In this document: positions 31,385 through 43,817 of the stretch, piece after piece
How the letters are laid out: each line of letters starts with the position of its first letter
Numbering within the stretch: the stretch's first letter is position 1
NCBI GenBank assembly: GCA_964016885.1
Contig: OZ024758.1
Coordinates: 24,862,001 to 24,926,000 of the forward strand
Length of the DNA stretch: 64,000 bases
Origin: Eledone cirrhosa
Lineage: Eukaryota
Direction: 5' to 3'
Position numbers and translations under genes: made by a program
The notes under the pieces: model-generated
What the model was told of the DNA's origin: nothing
Databases searched by the model: none
What the model saw: only the letters and a program-made list of their open reading frames with translations

Positions 31385-31765
31385 AGGGCGGTGGATTGGC
31401 AGCATCGGTAGAGGGTCGGACGCCATGCTTTGCAGCATAGAGTTACGGCCCTTGTCATTCTGAGTTCAAATCCCGCCGAGGTTAACTTTGCCTTTCATCC
31501 TTACGGGGGGGTCGATAAAATAAAGTACCAGTAATACACTGAGTAATTGCTGGCCCCTTGTGCCAAAAGTAGAAACAATTATTACAGGCAGTATCGGTAG
31601 AGGGTTGGACGCCATAGCATAGAGTTACGTCCCTTTATGATCTGAGTTCAAATCCCGCCAAGATTAACTTTGCCTTTCATCCTTACGGGGTTTGAATAAA
31701 TAAAGTACCAGTAATACACTAGGATAATTGCTGGCCCCTTGTGCCAAAAAGTAGAAACAATTATA
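31385..31765 (+). mobile_element. Two tandem S1 SINEs
   Basis: A box, B box and S1 core twice. Confidence 0.88.
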
Positions 31766-32528
31766 TTTATATATATTTATATATACCAGAACTATTTCTT
31801 TCATCACTAGCTTAATCACTTCCGGCCCCTTTAACTATCATTCTTGCGATTACTAGGCCTAACATATTTAGCACCCCTACCTCCACCACCACCACCACTA
31901 ACAACAGAAACTACATCATCATCATCATCAACAACAGCCACAGCGGTTTCGTTGCCGCCACCAATCTCAGCAGGTCTACCAATACGTGTGCCAACATTGA
32001 CAGACAGCTCGGCCGTATACGCCATCAACAAAAACAATTATTGTTGTTAAGCCCTGTTATTCTAAACAGTAGGCGGCACTAGAACACTGCTCCCCATTTC
32101 TTCTGTGTCTCTGTGTGTGTGGGTGTCTCTGTGTGTGTGGGTGTCTCTGTGTATGTCTCTGTGTGTGTGTGGGTGTCTGTGTATGTGGGTGTCTCTGTGT
32201 GTGTGGGTGTCTCTGTGTGTGTGTGTGGGTGTCTCTGTGTATGTGGGTGTCTGGGTGTATGTGAGTGTCTGTGTATGTGGGTGTCTCTGTGTATGTGAGT
32301 GTCTCTGTATGTGGGTGTCTGTGTATGTGGGTGTCTCTGTATGTGGGTGTCTCTGTATGTGGGTGTCTCTGTGTATATGGGTATGTCTCTGTGTATATGG
32401 GTATGTCTCTGTGTGTGTCTCTGTGTGTTGATGCATACATACAGTAACAGTTGTATAAACATTCAAATACTTACATTCGGACAGACGTGCACTTACACAC
32501 ACATATATATGCAAACACACAAGTCCCG

Positions 32529-32561
<33 letters not shown>

Positions 32562-33067
32562 AGTTCACCTTCTGGCCAGGTGCAGCCATATTGAATTCTG
32601 ATAGCATTAACAGAGTTTTAGTGTTTGTGAGAGAACAGCTGTGGAAACTGTTAGAAATGGACGAAACGTCAGAGAATATTGAAGACGAAAGACTTTGTCA
32701 GCCCCATACTATCAGCTCCCTTATAAATAGTACATCAAACCCTACACTTCATTTCTCAGCCTCCTCCTCTCGCCACCCCGTGAATATCGTTGTTGTAGCT
32801 AGTGTTGGAGAGGAGAACGAGAAGACATCGCAAAGAAGTAAATTGTGGAGGGTTTGGGGAATAATAGAGATAGAAGGGAATAAGCGTGCGTGGGGGTGAC
32901 GGGATAGACAGACAGACAGGCTGACTGACAGGGAGACAGACAGACAGAGATAGATAGAGAGACAGAGATAGATAGAGAGACAGAGATAGATAGGGAGACA
33001 GAGATAGATAGGGAGACAGAGAGACAGAGAGAGAGAGACACACAGAGAGATAGAGAGAGATATATAT

Positions 33068-33108
<41 letters not shown>

Positions 33109-33675
33109 GAGACAGACAGACAGAGAGACAGACAGATAGAGAGACAGACAGACAGAGAGACAGACAGACAGAGATAACTTTCTTTTTATTTGCCACCAGG
33201 GCAGAGAGAGATAGATAGAGAGAGATATAGATAGAGAGATAGATAGTCTGTATGTCTGTCTCAGTCTGTATGTCTGTCTCTCTGTCTGAGAGACAGACAG
33301 ACAGACATACTGAGAGAGACAGATAGATAGAGAGAGAGATGATAGATAGATAGAGAGAGAGAGGAGACAGAGAGAGATATCTTTCTTTATTTGCCACAAG
33401 GGCGTACACGAAATGGGACATTACAAGACAGGTTTTTACATAAAAGTCCTATAACCTTAACATTAATGAAATCCCGCCGAGGTTAACTTTGCCTTTCATC
33501 CTTACGGGGTCGATAAAATAAAGTACCAGTAATGTACTGGGTAATTGCTGGCCTTGTGCCAAAAGTAGAAACAATTAATGAATAACAATTAACTATATAA
33601 AATAAAATAACAATCGAAATCCTCAATAGAGGGGAACGTTACTGCAGGGTTGTTTTACACCCCATAGATAGATAA

Positions 33676-33962
33676 ATTTTTATTTATTGCCACGAGGGCA
33701 CAAAAGAAGGGGACAAATACAGGCTGGGGGGGGGGGTTACACAAAAGAACGAGTAAAAAACAAATAAATATAAAATTAACAATAAAGTCCTCAATAGGGA
33801 GGAGGCGTTTTGGGGGGTCGGACACTCCCCCGAAAAAGTGTGCAATCCTTCTCCTCGGGAGCACAGAGAGAGGGTGCTCCCTTGTTCTTCCATCTTTTTC
33901 ACCTACAGGCTGATATAGAGAGAAGGCCCATTCACACTGGCCATTCTCGCCACTTTCACACA
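33676..33962 (-). mobile_element. Probable L1/Tx1-like LINE 3' end in (GATA/GACA)n
   Basis: Minus strand ends an ORF-like VKVARMASVNGPSLYISL* followed by a UTR and GTGGCAATAAATAAAAA; the terminal motif TTATTTGCCAC recurs at 33186, 33387 and 33999. Confidence 0.45.
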
Positions 33963-34021
33963 TAGATAGACAGATAGACAGGCAGACAGGCAGATTTCTT
34001 TATTTGCCACAAGGGCGTACA

Positions 34022-34200
34022 AGTTTCTACTTTTGGCACAAGGCCAGCGATGACCCCCCCAGTGCATTACTGTTACTTTATTTTATCGACCCCGTAAGGA
34101 TGAAAGGCAAAGCTACTATCGCCGGATTTGAACTCAGAACGTAAAGGGCCATAACCATGCTGCAAAGCATGGTGTCCGACGCTCTACCGATACTGCCAAA
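34022..34200 (-). mobile_element. S1 SINE
   Basis: S1 core. Confidence 0.85.
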
Positions 34201-34403
34201 CCAGGCAGATAGACAGGCAGATAGATACGTAGATAGACAGGCAGATAGATACGTAGGTAGAAACACAGATAGATTAATAGATAAGTCGAGGGCAAAAAAG
34301 GGCAAAAAAAAAGAAAGTGAAAAATGAAATAAGCATTGAAAAAGTGAAAAGTAAGGACTATAAATAATTTAGTTGCAAAGACACTACATGAGGTCCTGCA
34401 ATG

Positions 34404-34455
<52 letters not shown>

Positions 34456-34496
34456 GACTATCTGAGCCATGACTTTCCGAGCTATATCCATTGTAG

Positions 34497-34937
34497 GATT
34501 TGAGCTCAGTAATGCAAGCTAATGACTAGCACATTAACGACTATTTGAGCCATGACTATCTGATAGTGTCCATTCCTTTCCAAGTTAGATCCATCGTAAG
34601 ATTTGAGCTCAGTAATGCAAGCTAATGACTAGCACATTAACGACTATTTGAGCCATGACTATCTGATAGTGTCCATTCCTTTCCAAGTTAGATCCATCGT
34701 AAGATTTGAGCTCAGTAATGCAAGCTAATGACTAGCACATTAACGACTATTTGAGCCATGACTATCTGATAGTGTCCATTCCTTTCCAAGTTAGATCCAT
34801 CGTAAGATTTGAGCTCAGTAATGCAAGCTAATGACTAGCACATTAACGACTATTTGAGCCATGACTATCTGATAGTGTCCATTCCTTTCCAAGTTAGATC
34901 CATCGTAAGATTTGAGCTCAGTAATGCAAGCTAATGA
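34497..34937 (-). repeat. 103-bp tandem repeat, about 4.3 near-identical units
   Basis: TGAGCTCAGTAATGC recurs at 34501, 34604, 34707, 34810 and 34913. Confidence 0.95.
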
Positions 34938-35219
34938 ATCACTCGTTAATTATGTAGTGTTATTAACGCTCTACTGGTGTATTTTCCCCTCAGCAATGTG
35001 GATGAAATTCATAAACATCGTGACTACCTCCTCTCTATTTCGGTATTTTTATCTATTGAACCCTCTTGATCACACTGAGAAGAGTGTGCTGAGATGATGA
35101 TGAGGTCTAATATGCCTGGAACAGTTTGCATGTCTGTACCAGTAGACTTGAAGACTAAATCCACTTCCACGCGGCATTTTCTACATTTTTCAAAAATTAT
35201 CATTGTTTTATTTGCAAGA

Positions 35220-35722
35220 AAAGGGGAAAGGAAAATGAATGAAAGAAAAGAAAAAGAAAGAAAGAAAGAAAGAGAAGAAAGAAAGAATGAAAGAGAAGAA
35301 TGAAAGAGAAGAATGAAAGAGAAGAATGAAAGAGAAGAATGAAAGAGAAGAATGAAAGAGAAGAATGAAAGAGAAGAATGAAAGAAGAAAAAAGAAAAAG
35401 AAAGAAGAAAAAGAAAGAAAAAGAAAGAGAAGAAAAGAAAAAGAAAGAAAAAGAAAGAGAAGAAAGACGAAAGAGAAAAGACGAAAGAGAAGAAAGACGA
35501 AAGAGAAGAAAGACGAAAGAGAAGAAGAAAAGAAAAGAAAGAAAGAAAAGAATGAAAGAGAAAAAAGAAGAAAAAAAGAAAAAAAGAAAGAAAGACGAAA
35601 GAGAAAAGAAAAAGGAAAGAGAAGAAAAAAAAAGAAAGAAAGATAAGAAAGAAAGAAAAGAAAGAAAAGAAAGAAAAGAAAGAAAAGAAAGAAAAGAAAA
35701 GAAAAGAAAAGAAAGAAAGAGA
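35220..35722. repeat. Polypurine (GAAA-type) compound microsatellite
   Basis: Direct inspection. Confidence 0.95.
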
Positions 35723-36479
35723 GATCCTATTATCATTGGTCAGTGTTATTGTACCAAAGTATATTATTACAGAACAGCGAACTTATCGCCATGTTGGACA
35801 TGGGTTGTATGTTTGTTATGTTAGTCAACAAACCTGGAAATATATAAACACGAGATAAAAGGATGTGACTACTGAGAACTGTGGCTTCTTTTTTTCCTTG
35901 TTAACGCGATAAAGATAAAATATTTATAAGAAACATAAGATGTATCTGCTAGGATACTTTATGTAGTTTAAACAACAGGGTAGCTTGGTTAGTATCAAAT
36001 ATTGAAAGATGGTGTTAAATATCTCATCTGAGGTCGTGAAAGGACCGGCGTTACGCTAAACATCAACTGGGAAATCTCCTATGGTGCAGAACCCAAAGAA
36101 ACACTATACTGAACCTTAAAGGATCATAAGTTTTATACAAAATTTGTATAATTAAATTAAATATATAATAATTGATTAGTAAGGACTTCAGAAAGCTGGT
36201 ACAACGTGGTAGAAATATATAAAGGGCAAAGAAATGACAAATAAAACAAAACAAGGTACTGCTTTTTTACCCAGTATATTTCAACATAATATTTCAGGGT
36301 AGTTCCCCTCTTTTCAAATACAAAACAAAGACGATACAAAACATTGTATCGGCTTTCAAATTAATTATTACACATCTCGCAATGCTTCATATTAACTAAA
36401 CTACTTTAAATAGGATTGTTGCTCCTCTCCGGATTTCTGTAGGATATAAACCTTCATCCATCCTTAAAGCAATACAACA

Positions 36480-36810
36480 GCTTCTATCAAAGTCCACTCT
36501 ATCGAGTAATGTTGTATTCACGATCTTATTCTTTCGGTCATTACACAAAATTCATGACCATGGGTAAGGGTTGGCGCGAATACCGAATTGAAGATAACGA
36601 GTTTGGCTTTTAAACCCATCCCCCTTCTGATTACCAAGTGCTGATTACCGAATGCACCAGCTCTTGCAATTTTTGCACTTAATTCAGCCTCCTTCCTTCC
36701 ATCACTCGGGAGCATGGCCCCGAGATACTTGAACTTCTCCACCTGATTCAGTGGAACTCCATTCACACGTAGAGTGCACTGCGCAGGCTTTCTTGAGAGG
36801 TCGAGTGTCT
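36480..36810 (-). pseudogene. RTE-clade reverse transcriptase fragment
   Basis: GVPLNQVEKFKYLG...AELSAKIARA...KAKLVIFNSVFAPTLTHGHEFCVMTERIRS, typical of the RTE/Expander RT domain 7 and thumb. Confidence 0.85.
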
Positions 36811-37714
36811 CGTATGTATATGTTAAGGAAATTGAAGAACTGATAGCTATTGGTTAAGGTTAATATATCAGTCGAGTCAGCAATATATTTTGCACTTAGA
36901 ATGGGGTTATTTTCAGACAGAAAAGATTATATATTTGTATGAAAGGTTGAAGTGACACGGACATGAACCAAAAAACTAGATTTCATAAATAAATAGACAA
37001 CACTTCGGGAGGAAGTTAGCTTGCATCGAGGGTATAACTTATTGAAATGAGTGAATGAGAGAGTAATTTGGATAAGCTTTGTTTAGACGGTGGTGGAGTT
37101 ACTGTTTAATGTTAGTTGGGAACTAATGTGTGAGGTTGATTTTGGAACGGAAGCCACGAAAGTTTGTGTGGAGAGGAGACATTCAGTGGGTATATTTATG
37201 TTTATTTGAATAACAGCGTTCACTATTTTGACTTGTTTTGGTTTGTTGTCATGGTTTGGGTTGAAAGAAAACGCGAGGATCAGGTTCGTTACAATATCAT
37301 GCACTGTATATTTCTCAAATGGGAGCCTAATATTCAGACATTTTTATTGGGAGAAAAAGAAGGCTAATAGACAACTGGAGAAGAAAAAAAGATTTGAAAT
37401 CACGCTCCAACTGATAGGACAGCCTCTAGATCTGTTAGCTTCTACTAATATACATTGCCTCCAATTCACACAACAACAATCGCTGTGTGGAGATTCCTCT
37501 GTCTAATAATACAACAGACAGACAGACAGACAGACACACACACACACAGAGGGGAGGGGGCGCACGTAACCGTAGCCCGAGTTCCGTAGCAAAAGTAAGG
37601 CTGGGCGCTTTTACGTGTATGTAAATTTATTTCTGCATTTATACTCTGCTGCGGAACCCGGGTTACTTTTCCGTGTCCCAATACTGTCTGTATATACACG
37701 CACACATACGGCAG

Positions 37715-38593
37715 GGGGTGTATATATATATTATATATATATATAATATATATAATATAATATATACATAATATATATAATATAATATATATATTATATA
37801 TATATATATAATATATATCATATAATATATATATTATATATATATATATAATATATATCATATAATATAATATAATATATATATTATATATATATATAAT
37901 ATATATCATATAATATAATATATATATTATATATATATATAATATATATCATATAATATAATATAATATATATATTATATATATATATAATATATATCAT
38001 ATAATATAATATAATATATATCATATAATTTAATATAATATATATCATATAATATAATATATATAATATATATATATATAATATAATATATATAATATAT
38101 ATATAATATATAATATATATATAATATATATATAATATATATATAATATATATATAATATATATATAATATAATATAATATAATATAATATAATATAATA
38201 TAATATAATATATATAATATAATATATATATATAATATAATATATATATATAATATAATATATATATATAATATAATATATATATATAATATAATATATA
38301 TATATAATATAATATATAATATATAATATATATATATAATATAATATAATATATATAATATAATATAATATATAAAATATATATATATAATATAATATAT
38401 ATATATATAATATAATATATAAAATATATATATATAATATAATATATATATATATAATATAATATATATAATATAATATATATAATATATATAATATAAT
38501 ATATATATATATAATATAATATATATAATATAATATATATAATATAATATATATAATATAATATATATAATATAATATAATATATATAATATA

Positions 38594-38635
<42 letters not shown>
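37715..38635. repeat. Almost pure A/T compound microsatellite
   Basis: Direct inspection. Confidence 0.97.
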
Positions 38636-38637
<2 letters not shown>

Positions 38638-38639
38638 GT

Positions 38640-39490
38640 ACTTATATTTAATTTGTTGGGATTCAACAAGCTTAAACATTTTTATAACTGATATAAAGCA
38701 CTCAACAATTTAGTGGAGTAAATATACAATATATTAATAAATGGAAACTATAGTTATAAAACCATAATTATTTTATATATATTTCAAGAGCGACCAAGGT
38801 AAATTATGGTGCGCTTTCATCAGATAAAATACAGATTTGTTTTATAAATAAATATTGACATACCCGGAAAAAAGACAACCTCAACGGTTGAAAATATATA
38901 AATTGATGTATAACATACCTCAACTGTGCTGATGGTTCAATTCCAGTCTTGGCAATGCTTCTAATCTATTGTAAAACTATATTCATTGATTAATCAATGA
39001 ACCTTGTTTAACTTTTGGTTTTATAAATATATATATATATATATATATATACAATATATTAATAAATGGAAACTATAGTTATAAAACCATAATTATTTTA
39101 TTATATATCTGTATTTTATCTGATGAAAGCGCACCATAATTTACCTTGGTCGCTCTTGAAATATATATATAATAAAATAATTATGGTTTTATAACTATAG
39201 TTTCCATTTATTAATATATTACAAATATATATATATATATATATATAAAAACAAGGAGTTATTTGGTTTGTTGATTATTCTACAAAGTTAATTTACACTG
39301 AACGGAATTTATCCGGAGTATCACTATCTTCAATGAACTTATAACATGAAGTTCACATGTAGATATGTCACTATCTTTACATCTTTACACCAATTCTATT
39401 TTATCTGACGAGAGCGTACTAAAGTATTAGTACCCTTGAAATACGTATAATAAAATAAAGATATTTTCCATTTATTAATATTATTGATAT
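38640..39490. mobile_element. Cluster of family A PLE pLTR-like fragments with three HHR motifs
   Basis: HHR motifs at 38769-38831 (-), 39112-39179 (+) and 39397-39457 (+); flanks homologous to 14920-15200. Confidence 0.75.
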
Positions 39491-39525
39491 ATATATTATA
39501 TATATATTATATATTATATATATAA

Positions 39526-39733
39526 GGCGTGAAGACGTGTGGTTAGAGAATTGGATACGCAATCGTGAGGTTGTGAGTTCGATTCCTGGAGCGACCGTGA
39601 TGCGTTATGTCCTTGAGCAAGACACTTTATTTCACGTTGCTCCTTCTACCTGGAGTTGCGACCGATAGATAGTATTAGCAATTGGAAAGACCGACGGAAA
39701 CATTGTTTCCTCGGTCCGATTTGACGAAAGTCG

Positions 39734-39740
<7 letters not shown>
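39526..39740 (+). mobile_element. SINE family S2
   Basis: tRNA head, GTCCTTGAGCAAGACACTTTATTTCAC box, shared tail. Confidence 0.85.
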
Positions 39741-39769
<29 letters not shown>

Positions 39770-39811
39770 CAGTTTTATCGCTCTACATGGCTGAATACAA
39801 GAAATGTAAAT

Positions 39812-40079
39812 CCGAGCTTTTCGAATGTTAATAATAATATTCGATTCGTTTGCAATTATGCAAACAGCCTCTTGTGCTGACATGTAAACAGAACGGCAGG
39901 CTAATGTTTCTGGGTGATTACCCTTCATCAGTACAGTATACTGTTTACCAGCCAACTGTCAGAGCTAGTGAAAATATATTTTCTGGAATGTAGTGACTGA
40001 TTTGCATATTAGCAGACTCGCTGATCAGCCAGATTTGCATAATTGCAAACGAATCGAATATTATTAATATTCGAAAAGC

Positions 40080-40082
<3 letters not shown>
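39812..40082. mobile_element. Fold-back element with HHR-like motif on the minus strand (39900-39936)
   Basis: About 50-bp inverted arms (39812-39864 / 40031-40082); minus strand CTGATGA-AGGG-TAATCA-CCCA-GAAACATTAG. Confidence 0.5.
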
Positions 40083-40129
<47 letters not shown>

Positions 40130-40217
40130 TAAATTATTCCTAACAAGCTCATATGTCCCAAGGCTCTGATACCATCAACACCATAAACACAGAGCTGGCA
40201 TATCTAAAAACTGACTA

Positions 40218-40272
40218 ACTGCCTGATGATATATAGCCATTCAATGGCTATCATCGAAATATATATAGCAGT
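40218..40272 (+). ncRNA. Minimal hammerhead motif, family B
   Basis: ACTGC-CTGATGA-tat-ATAGCCAT(TCA)ATGGCTAT-catc-GAAA-T-ATAT-ATA-GCAGT. Confidence 0.7.
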
Positions 40273-40327
40273 AAATAAAGGATTATGAGTTCATGCAATT
40301 GACTTATCTCTCGCTCTATATATATAT

Positions 40328-40825
40328 ATAGTGACGAAACATAAGTTGTAGTTCATGTCTGTTTGTTTATTCACGAACTACTCCTATGGTTTTGGAGATT
40401 GACCCCCATAACCATATATATTCTGAAACTACATTTACCAGGGTACTTGGATAAGTATATTTCATTTTAATCAAAGGGTTCCCCAGGGCACAAACCCCCG
40501 CTGAAATGTTTTTCCTTTCGATTTATATGAAATTTAAACCATAGGTAAATGACAAGATATGATGCCTATTCACAAAAGTTTTGAATTGATATTTTGAAAA
40601 AAATTATTTCCAAGAAAGAAAATAAGAATAAGATTTAATGTAATTTTGATTTGATATATTACAAAAAATAACGTTTTCCAATTTTTCATGCATTACATTT
40701 TACATTGAGTAATATTGAAATGCAGAGTTTTTCTCCATAAATTATATCACTGATTTTAAATCAATCATCATTGTCTTACAAAAAAAGTGTGTGAAACACA
40801 GCAAGACGCGGGTAATTCGGCTAGT
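40328..40825 (+). mobile_element. Helitron-like non-autonomous element
   Basis: 3' end GCAAGACGCGGGTAATTCGGCTAG followed by T; inserted in (TA)n; 5' boundary uncertain. Confidence 0.45.
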
Positions 40826-41194
40826 ATATATATTATATATATATTATATATTAGTTCGAGGAAACGACAAAACAGAGATACAAAAAAGTCTTATTAGTTT
40901 CACGCTTTATATGAAAAAGGAGAAAGTTCGACGTGTTGGGCTTTAGCCCTTCTTCGGGAGTACAAAAACTAGAGACCAGATCATAAAGATAGATATAGAA
41001 ACTAAAAGGTAGTCTGTAGGAAAAAAACGAATATATATATCCAGCCTCACTTTCATATAGATTGCATTTTTGTTTTTAAAATCCAACGTCAATAAATACG
41101 CCAGGATTTTTTCATTCTGATGATTGAAAGCAACATTTTTTTGCATTTAAGAAACCACTGGTAAATGAAATAATTGCCTTATGTTGTTTATTAC

Positions 41195-41226
<32 letters not shown>

Positions 41227-41492
41227 GCAGACGATATTGTATCACAATTCTTTGTAGCATACAAGGTCCGAATTCAGTATCTTTCGTTGGTAAGACGATA
41301 AATTCCATTTGCATCCCGTTTTGTATTTCTTCCATTTACATCCTGTTTTGTATTTCTCAGCCAGTCAAATATGCTTTTAACCCGCTGACGTAGAGGGAAA
41401 ATATATTTGCCATTGCTTCTTTTGATTTTAACATGCAGATTTAGATTTGATAACATTCTGCTACGTGGGCTTTTACACGATAAAAGTTAATG

Positions 41493-41845
41493 TCTGATGG
41501 TAAGTGCCAAAGCAGAATAGCTCGTTGTCCGTTCGAAGGAGTTAATTATCTTATCGGGGACGCTTTGTGCTCCGATGCGTGCTCTGCCGTCAACCTTGTT
41601 GTTCCAACCACCCCGTAACACAAAGGGGGTTGAAGATATCGGGACTTGGTCAACGGCTTCCTTTTCGTACCCGCCACTGTCGAGACCTCTAGTGTCCTAG
41701 GTCTCCGAACTGTCGTTTTCCTTCGCAAGATTGGAAAGTGTGCATCTCGTCTGAGGAACGATCGCCACGAGATAGTGTGGCTGATGCAGCGGGTGTGACT
41801 GGCTATTCTCTGCAGCAATTCCTTCACCATTTGGACTGCGATATG
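41493..41845 (+). pseudogene. CRE-clade non-LTR retrotransposon restriction-like endonuclease relic
   Basis: Single frame with three stops: SDGK..CPF...LIGDALCSDA...RYRDLVNGFLFVPATVETSSVLG...FLRKIG...RHEIVWLMQRV*LAILCSNS, matching the CRE C-terminal pattern DGKRPDG/WDxTC/KY/FxPxxxETxG/LxQRxSxAIQRGN. Confidence 0.75.
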
Positions 41846-42119
41846 CTGCAGAAATAAAACACTTAGTCACTAGCGCCTCACTTTCTTTTATTTTGCTTTT
41901 TAATTCTTTATTTTTTTCATTGTAAACATTATAAAATCCAACTGAAATTTGTCGAAAGAAATTTCATTCTCATTTAATATCTTATATATTTGCCAAAATG
42001 AGATTGTCAAAGTGAGTTGCAGAGTTAAGATTTCTAGCTGCAATCATATACCAGTAGGTTACTTAGTTGATTGATATAGTTAACGGCATTACTTCTCTAT
42101 TACTTGTTTGAGGCCATCT

Positions 42120-42164
<45 letters not shown>

Positions 42165-42605
42165 CGAAGGAAATGTGGTAAGGAACCAGGTGGACCATAA
42201 CGCACCAAAGTACTCAATACTTAGGGTAGTAGAGTGGGTAATAGGAAAGAGTAGGATCCCGACGGCTGAGCTCAAGCCGTTTCGACGGCTAATTCTGGAC
42301 TAAATGAACATTTTTATCTTGGTATATGAATAGCCAAGCTTCTCAGGGGGTAATTCCATATATGGTAAAAGTGATTGTCACAAGGATTGGTCAAAAGTTT
42401 GTTGTTGAGACATAATAATTCTATCATGGCAACTTGTGGAGGGAAGGGGTAGCTGAACCTGCCAGTAGAAGAAAGAGGGAGAGGGGGTGGAGGAAACCCA
42501 GTCGTGCGTTGATAGTGCCAACTACAGCTGGGCAGGAGGTCAAAGAAGATACTGGGGGGGGGGGGGTCGAAACAATAAGTAAAACAATATGGGGCAAAAA
42601 AATTT

Positions 42606-42659
<54 letters not shown>

Positions 42660-42875
42660 TAAATCTACCAAGTATTTCTGAAGACGGCGTATATATGTGT
42701 TGGTATGTATATTTAATCTTGATAGTTTGTATAATTTTGTATAATTTTGTACATAGATCTGTTGAATATGCATGCCAATTCTAACACATATATATCCTAG
42801 AAACGATCGTTAAATAATGAACTTTGTTTTGTTTAATATAAGGAACTGTTTCATTGTTTATTCATTATTTGTTTA

Positions 42876-42907
<32 letters not shown>

Positions 42908-42989
42908 ATGGAAAATTTGAACAGGAACAAAACAGAGGCCGTACAACGAATGTTTATTAATTTCACGCTCTGGAGAGTGGGGTGGTGGT

Positions 42990-43032
42990 GGGGAACGACG
43001 TTTCGGGCATAAGCCCTTCCTCAGGGGAGAAG
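42990..43032 (-). ncRNA. HHR-like motif, family E
   Basis: Minus strand CTGAGGA-A-GGGC(TTAT)GCCC-GAAACGTC; helix I poorly supported. Confidence 0.5.
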
Positions 43033-43229
43033 TGTGTGGGAAGAGAGTTCAAAGGGTGTGTAGGGGAGTGGTGGAGAGACATATAGCGAAAAGGGGGTGG
43101 GAGGAAACGGTGCGAATGAAATTAAAAATAAAAATAAAAATAAAGCATGATCAAAATAAAATATATATATATATATATATATATATCAATAATATTAATA
43201 AATGGAAACTATCTTTATAAAACTATATT

Positions 43230-43292
43230 TATTTTATTATATATATATTTCAAGGGTACCAGTATTTTGGTATGCTATCGTCAGATAAAATA
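43230..43292 (-). ncRNA. Minimal hammerhead motif, family A
   Basis: Minus strand TATTTTAT-CTGACGA-TAGCATACCA..TGGTACCCTT-GAAA-(TA)n-ATAAAATA. Confidence 0.65.
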
Positions 43293-43347
43293 CAATAATT
43301 GGTTTACCGATAATGACGTATCTACATAAGAACTTAATGTTATGAGT

Positions 43348-43382
<35 letters not shown>

Positions 43383-43423
43383 GTATTTATATGCGAGATG
43401 GCCTCAAACAAGTAATAGAGAAG

Positions 43424-43456
<33 letters not shown>

Positions 43457-43473
43457 TATAGATATATATATAG

Positions 43474-43530
43474 AAGAGCTTCTACAGAACTAGAACTGTT
43501 TCCTTCGTGAGAAATCATCAGGAAGATCCT
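43474..43530 (-). ncRNA. Type I hammerhead motif with full helix III, family C
   Basis: Minus strand AGGATCTTC-CTGATGA-TTTC(TCAC)GAAG-GAA-ACAG(TTCTAGTT)CTGT-A-GAAGCTCTT. Confidence 0.72.
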
Positions 43531-43778
43531 GCTATGCATTGAGTACCTTACTTACAGTGGTTACCTCCGATTCAACCCGGAATAACTTTATATATAAGAG
43601 TTTTGTAGCTTGCTTGAAGCATTGTTTAATAGGAAACACAAATTTAAATTTTGAAAACCAAACAATGTCTTAGAAAGAACATTAAATCGCCAAGATAATA
43701 AAAGAATCTTACCTTAGCAAATTTAATGGCGATTTCAAAATTTAAATCTTTGTTTCATATGCGCGCACACACACACAC

Positions 43779-43817
<39 letters not shown>

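Noticed and set aside
31831-32050. Low-complexity ORFs on both strands
   Set aside because: Built from trinucleotide runs, with no domain or splice support
25485-35824. Poly-K/R/E/F ORFs at 25485-25869 and 35200-35824
   Set aside because: Purine microsatellite translations
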